A program made the position numbers and the translations under genes. From contig NC_017080.1 in the NCBI RefSeq assembly GCF_000284115.1, forward strand, positions 3,660,001 through 3,692,000: DNA of 32,000 nt. Reading direction: 5' to 3'. The notes beneath the pieces are model-generated. The model had not been told where the DNA came from and did no database searches. It saw only the letters and a program-made list of their open reading frames with translations. This stretch comes from Phycisphaera mikurensis NBRC 102666 (lineage in GTDB: Bacteria > Planctomycetota > Phycisphaerae > Phycisphaerales > Phycisphaeraceae). Below, in pieces: positions 28,796-32,000 of the stretch; position 1 is the first letter of the stretch; each line of letters opens with the position of its first letter.

Positions 28796-29458
28796 ATGCC
28801 ACGCTTCGACCTCGCGCTCTTCGACCTCGACGGGACGCTCATCAACTCGCTGCCCGACATCACCGCCGCGGGCAACCACGCGATGCGGACCGTCGGCCGG
28901 CCGGAGATCACCGAGCAGCAGTGCCGCTTCTACGCGGGCCAGGGCCTGCCCAACTTCATCATCACGGCGCTGGGGCCGGATCACCAGGACCTCTACGACG
29001 CCGCGCTCGCCGCGCACCTGGGCTACTACCGGGACCACGGCGGCACGCTGACCCGCGTGTTCCCCGGGGTGGACGGCCTGCTCGACCGGCTCAAGGAGGC
29101 CGGGCTGAAGCGGGCCATCCTCTCGAACAAGCCCCACGCCGCGACGCTCGGCGACGCGGAGCGGCTGCTGGGGCGGCACGCCTTTGACGCGGTGATCGGC
29201 CACCGCGACGGGTACGAGGTGAAGCCCGACACGAGGAGCGCCACCGAGATCATCGAGCGGCTGGGCGTGGAGCCGGACCGGGTCGCATACGTGGGCGACA
29301 CGGCGGCGGACATGCTCACGGCGAAGCGGAGCGGCTTCTACGCCGTGGGCGTGACGTACGGCTTCCGCGAGCGGGCGGAGCTGGAGGAGCACGGCGCGGA
29401 CGCCATCGTCGACGACGCGGCGGGGGTGGGGGACGCGATCCTCGGGACCGACCGGTAG
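28796..29458 (+). CDS. HAD phosphatase, phosphoglycolate phosphatase-like
   Basis: FDLALFDLDGTLINSLPDITAAGNHAM...LKRAILSNKPHAAT...VKPDTRSATEIIERLGVEPDRVAYVGDTAADMLTAKRSGFYAVGVTYGF. Confidence 0.88.
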   Translation: MPRFDLALFDLDGTLINSLPDITAAGNHAMRTVGRPEITEQQCRFYAGQGLPNFIITALGPDHQDLYDAALAAHLGYYRDHGGTLTRVFPGVDGLLDRLKEAGLKRAILSNKPHAATLGDAERLLGRHAFDAVIGHRDGYEVKPDTRSATEIIERLGVEPDRVAYVGDTAADMLTAKRSGFYAVGVTYGFRERAELEEHGADAIVDDAAGVGDAILGTDR

Positions 29459-29478
29459 CGCCTCGCACCCGAACCACG

Positions 29479-29507
29479 GGCGGGAGCCGCGAGCGGGAGC
29501 TCCCGCC
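29479..29507. terminator. Hairpin between convergent genes (ggcgggagc - 11 nt - gctcccgcc)
   Basis: 9-bp perfect stem between two convergent stop codons (29458 and 29534). Confidence 0.6.
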
Positions 29508-29533
29508 TTGCCTCCGGCGGGCCGGGGTCCGGC

Positions 29534-30952
29534 CTATCCGTCGAGCAGCCAGGCCCGCAGCGCCCGCACCGACGCGGCGGCCGCGGCGTCGTCCTCCGGC
29601 CGCTTGAGCACCGGCTTGAGCGCCGCGGCCACGGCGGCGCGGTCGGCCCGGCTCCAGGCCTCGCCCGCCTCGGGGGCGGCGGGCACCACCAGGGCGTCGC
29701 GGCGGGCGTGGGTGCGCTGCCGGACGACGGCGAGGTGCAGCTTGGCGCGGCCGAGCAGGACGAAGGCGAGGTTCACGTTGTTGCTGGGACCCACGCGGGC
29801 GAGGCGGCCGCCGAGGTCCTGGCCGAGCACCTTCATCTTCGCCGCCTGGGTGGCGCCGGCCCAGGCGGTGGCCCCGCCGATGAGGGCGCCGGCGCCCGCG
29901 ACCAGGCCCATCGAGAGCCCGGCGAAGTGCAAATCGGCGAGGGCGCCCACGCCGCCGCCGAGGATCGCCCCGGTGGCGGCGAGCTGCGCCGGCGTGGCGC
30001 CGAAGCGGCTCCACGAGCCCTCGGCGAAGAGGTCCTCACCGGTGACGCCGGCCTCGTCCATCGCGGGCTCCTCGCGCTCGACGCGGACGAAGTCGTAGAG
30101 GTCCTCGACGGCGTCGCGGCTGCGGGCCTCCAGCGCGCGGACGCCGTCGGCGTAGCGCCGCATCAGCTCGTCCTTGGCCGCGGCGGGGTCGCCGGTGGGC
30201 GGGAGGCGCTTCTCGGCGGAGAAGCGCATCGCGGCGACCACGGCGCGGGCGATGACGCCGCAGGCGTCCTCCCGGCGTCCCGTCGCGTCGCGCTCGAGCA
30301 CCTCCACGGCCCGGTCCAGCGGCGCCCGCCAGGCCTCCCGCATCTGGCCGAAGGCCCGGAGCAGGTCCAGCCGCTTCGCGTGGTCGGCGGTGAGCGGGTC
30401 GAAGACGCGCACGATGCGGAAGTACTGGCCGAGGGCACGCTCCCAGGCTTCGGCGTGGGCGGCCTCGCCCCCCTGGGCCTCGGACAAGAACGGGTTGATC
30501 AGGCCCAAGGAGGGGGCCCCCGTCCACCGCAGCACCTCCATCTCCGCCTCGTACTCCGGCCCGTAGGGCGCCGAGCCATCGACGACGTAGAGGATCCCCG
30601 CCGGCTCGCCGCCACGCTCCCCCATCACCGCCCCGAGCAGCGCGTGCTCGTCGGGGTACCGGCCCGCCGTGGCCGGATCGCCGAGGAAGGCCCGCACGGC
30701 GGCGGGCCGCTCCTCGGCGTTCTCCGCCCGGGCTTGGAGGTCCTCGAGCACGCGGCGGCTGCGCTGGAACCCGGGGGTGTCCACCAGCTCGTAGAGCACC
30801 TCGCCGTCGACCGACATCGGGTACGCGTCGGCCGCGGTGGTGGTGCCCGGCGTGGGCGACACCGCGACGCGGTCGTCGCGGGCGAGGGTCGCGACGATCG
30901 AGGACTTGCCCTTGTTGGGGTGGCCGACGACGGCGAAGCGGGGGACGCTCAT
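29534..30952 (-). CDS. P-loop GTPase with DUF3482-like C-terminus
   Basis: RFAVVGHPNKGKSSIVATLARDDRVAVSPTPGTTT...YELVDTPGFQ; C-terminal glycine-rich membrane-like segment GGGVGALADLHFAGLSMGLVAGAGALIGGATAW. Confidence 0.82.
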   Translation of the reverse strand: MSVPRFAVVGHPNKGKSSIVATLARDDRVAVSPTPGTTTAADAYPMSVDGEVLYELVDTPGFQRSRRVLEDLQARAENAEERPAAVRAFLGDPATAGRYPDEHALLGAVMGERGGEPAGILYVVDGSAPYGPEYEAEMEVLRWTGAPSLGLINPFLSEAQGGEAAHAEAWERALGQYFRIVRVFDPLTADHAKRLDLLRAFGQMREAWRAPLDRAVEVLERDATGRREDACGVIARAVVAAMRFSAEKRLPPTGDPAAAKDELMRRYADGVRALEARSRDAVEDLYDFVRVEREEPAMDEAGVTGEDLFAEGSWSRFGATPAQLAATGAILGGGVGALADLHFAGLSMGLVAGAGALIGGATAWAGATQAAKMKVLGQDLGGRLARVGPSNNVNLAFVLLGRAKLHLAVVRQRTHARRDALVVPAAPEAGEAWSRADRAAVAAALKPVLKRPEDDAAAAASVRALRAWLLDG

Positions 30953-31046
30953 CGCGGCTCTGCCTTGGGATTTTGCGACGGGGGAAGCGGCACGCGGCGA
31001 GTGTGCGCTAGCCTCGGCGGTTCCGCAAAACCCCGGCCCCGACGAC

Positions 31047-31904
31047 ATGGCACCGCAGGAAGAGATCCAGAAGCTCAAGCAGGAACTCGCCGAGGCGGAG
31101 GCCGCCCGGGCCGAGGTGGAGGCCCGCGACGCGAAGCTCCAGCGGGAGGTCGGGCAGATCGCGCGGATCCACCAGGCGCTGCTGCCCGACCAGATGCCCG
31201 ACGTCGCGGGCGTGCGGCTGGCGGTGCGGCACGCGGCGCCCAACCGGGCCGGCGGCGACTACTACGACGTCATCCCGCTCCAACGCGACGAGGCGCTCTC
31301 GGCCGAGGCCTCCGACCCCTGGCTGCTGATCATCGCCGACGCCTCGGGGCACGGGCCCGCCGCCGCGGTCATCATGGCGATGATCCAGGCGGTGCTGCAC
31401 GGGTACCGCGGCGACGCGCGGGGCCCGGGCCCGGTGATGAGCTTCGTGAACGCGGAGATGGTGAAGAAAGCCGTCCCCGGCTCCTTCACCACCGCCGTGC
31501 TCGGGCTGCTGGACCCGCGGAAGAGCACCTTCAGCTACGCGATCGCCGGGCACCACCCGCCGCTGCTGCGGCGCGAAGGGGAGCCGGTTGTCGAGCTGCC
31601 CTCCGAGGAGGCGGGCCTCCCGCTGGGCGTGGCCGAGGACGAGGGCGCCGGCCGGCACGAGATCCACCCGCTGCGGCCCGGCGACGCCGTGCTGCTCTAC
31701 ACCGACGGAGCGATCGAGACGCGCAACCCCGCGGGCGAGCAGTTCGGGCTCGGGCGTCTCAAGGCGGCGCTGGAAGCCGCCGCCGGCACACCCGATCAGC
31801 AGCTCGACGCGGTGGTGGGCGCGATCGACGCGCACCGGGCGGGCGGGCCGATGGAGGACGACCGCACGCTGCTGATGTTCCAGGCGGAGGCCACGGAGCC
31901 GTAG
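31047..31904 (+). CDS. SpoIIE/RsbU-type PP2C serine phosphatase with short coiled-coil N-terminus
   Basis: IARIHQALLPDQMPDVAGVRLAVRHAAPNRAGGDYYDV...LLIIADASGHGPAAAVIMAMIQAVL...FSYAIAGHHPPLL...DAVLLYTDGAIETRN...EDDRTLLMF. Confidence 0.93.
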   Translation: MAPQEEIQKLKQELAEAEAARAEVEARDAKLQREVGQIARIHQALLPDQMPDVAGVRLAVRHAAPNRAGGDYYDVIPLQRDEALSAEASDPWLLIIADASGHGPAAAVIMAMIQAVLHGYRGDARGPGPVMSFVNAEMVKKAVPGSFTTAVLGLLDPRKSTFSYAIAGHHPPLLRREGEPVVELPSEEAGLPLGVAEDEGAGRHEIHPLRPGDAVLLYTDGAIETRNPAGEQFGLGRLKAALEAAAGTPDQQLDAVVGAIDAHRAGGPMEDDRTLLMFQAEATEP

Positions 31905-31930
31905 GCCGGGGCGGTGGCCCCGGCCTACGG
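31899..31930. terminator. Strong bidirectional terminator-like hairpin (14-bp perfect stem, ggtg loop)
   Basis: ccgtaggccggggc ggtg gccccggcctacgg; overlaps the stop codon of the + gene and, probably, of a convergent - gene. Confidence 0.75.
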
Positions 31931-32000
31931 GAGGTCGGCGGGCGCGGGCGGGTCCAGGCGGGTCCAGGGGTCGCCGGCGGCGGCGAGGCGGCCGGCCCAG
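31925..32000 (-). CDS. C-terminus of an unidentified convergent gene (partial)
   Basis: Minus frame reads ...AGRLAAAGDPWTRLDPPAPADLP* with its TAG inside the shared hairpin; too short to identify. Confidence 0.4.
   Translation of the reverse strand, partial: WAGRLAAAGDPWTRLDPPAPADLP

Overview
High-GC (~72-74%, my estimate) bacterial chromosome segment, dense with coding sequence. Codon style and gene content suggest a Phycisphaerae-like planctomycete, but this is inference. Most long ORFs in the supplied track are wrong-frame artefacts of high GC, so I chose frames by recognisable protein motifs. Left edge (1-5780): part of what looks like an aryl-polyene/xanthomonadin-like type II FAS/PKS locus. 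It has a tandem ketosynthase-ketosynthase (KS-KS) fusion, cut by the window edge, an LpxL/HtrB-like acyltransferase, a LolA-like protein, an acyl carrier protein (ACP)-FabZ-like dehydratase fusion, a GT2 glycosyltransferase, and a divergent chorismatase (FkbO/Hyg5/XanB2-like). Next come MntR plus an Mn/Zn ABC transporter operon, an SO_0444-type permease, a HAD hydrolase, a WrbA-like flavoprotein, feoA-feoB, an acylneuraminate cytidylyltransferase-like gene, an operon scpB - lipoprotein - DUF58 - TgpA-like transglutaminase - VanZ-MurJ fusion, gcvH, an amidohydrolase, a lipoprotein, an Fpg/Nei glycosylase, sufS, a phosphoglycolate phosphatase-like HAD, a DUF3482-like GTPase and a SpoIIE-type phosphatase. 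Best leads: the unusual fusion architecture and gene set of the polyene-like locus; a recurrent TAnnnT box 5-9 nt before start codons (probable leaderless transcripts); a four-copy family of CCGCGGACCG/CGGTCCGCGG dyads placed just upstream of those boxes; a duplicated GTAGC-N4-GCTAC palindrome upstream of the Mn transporter; and a VanZ-MurJ fusion. I saw no CRISPR array, rRNA, tRNA, prophage or transposase.
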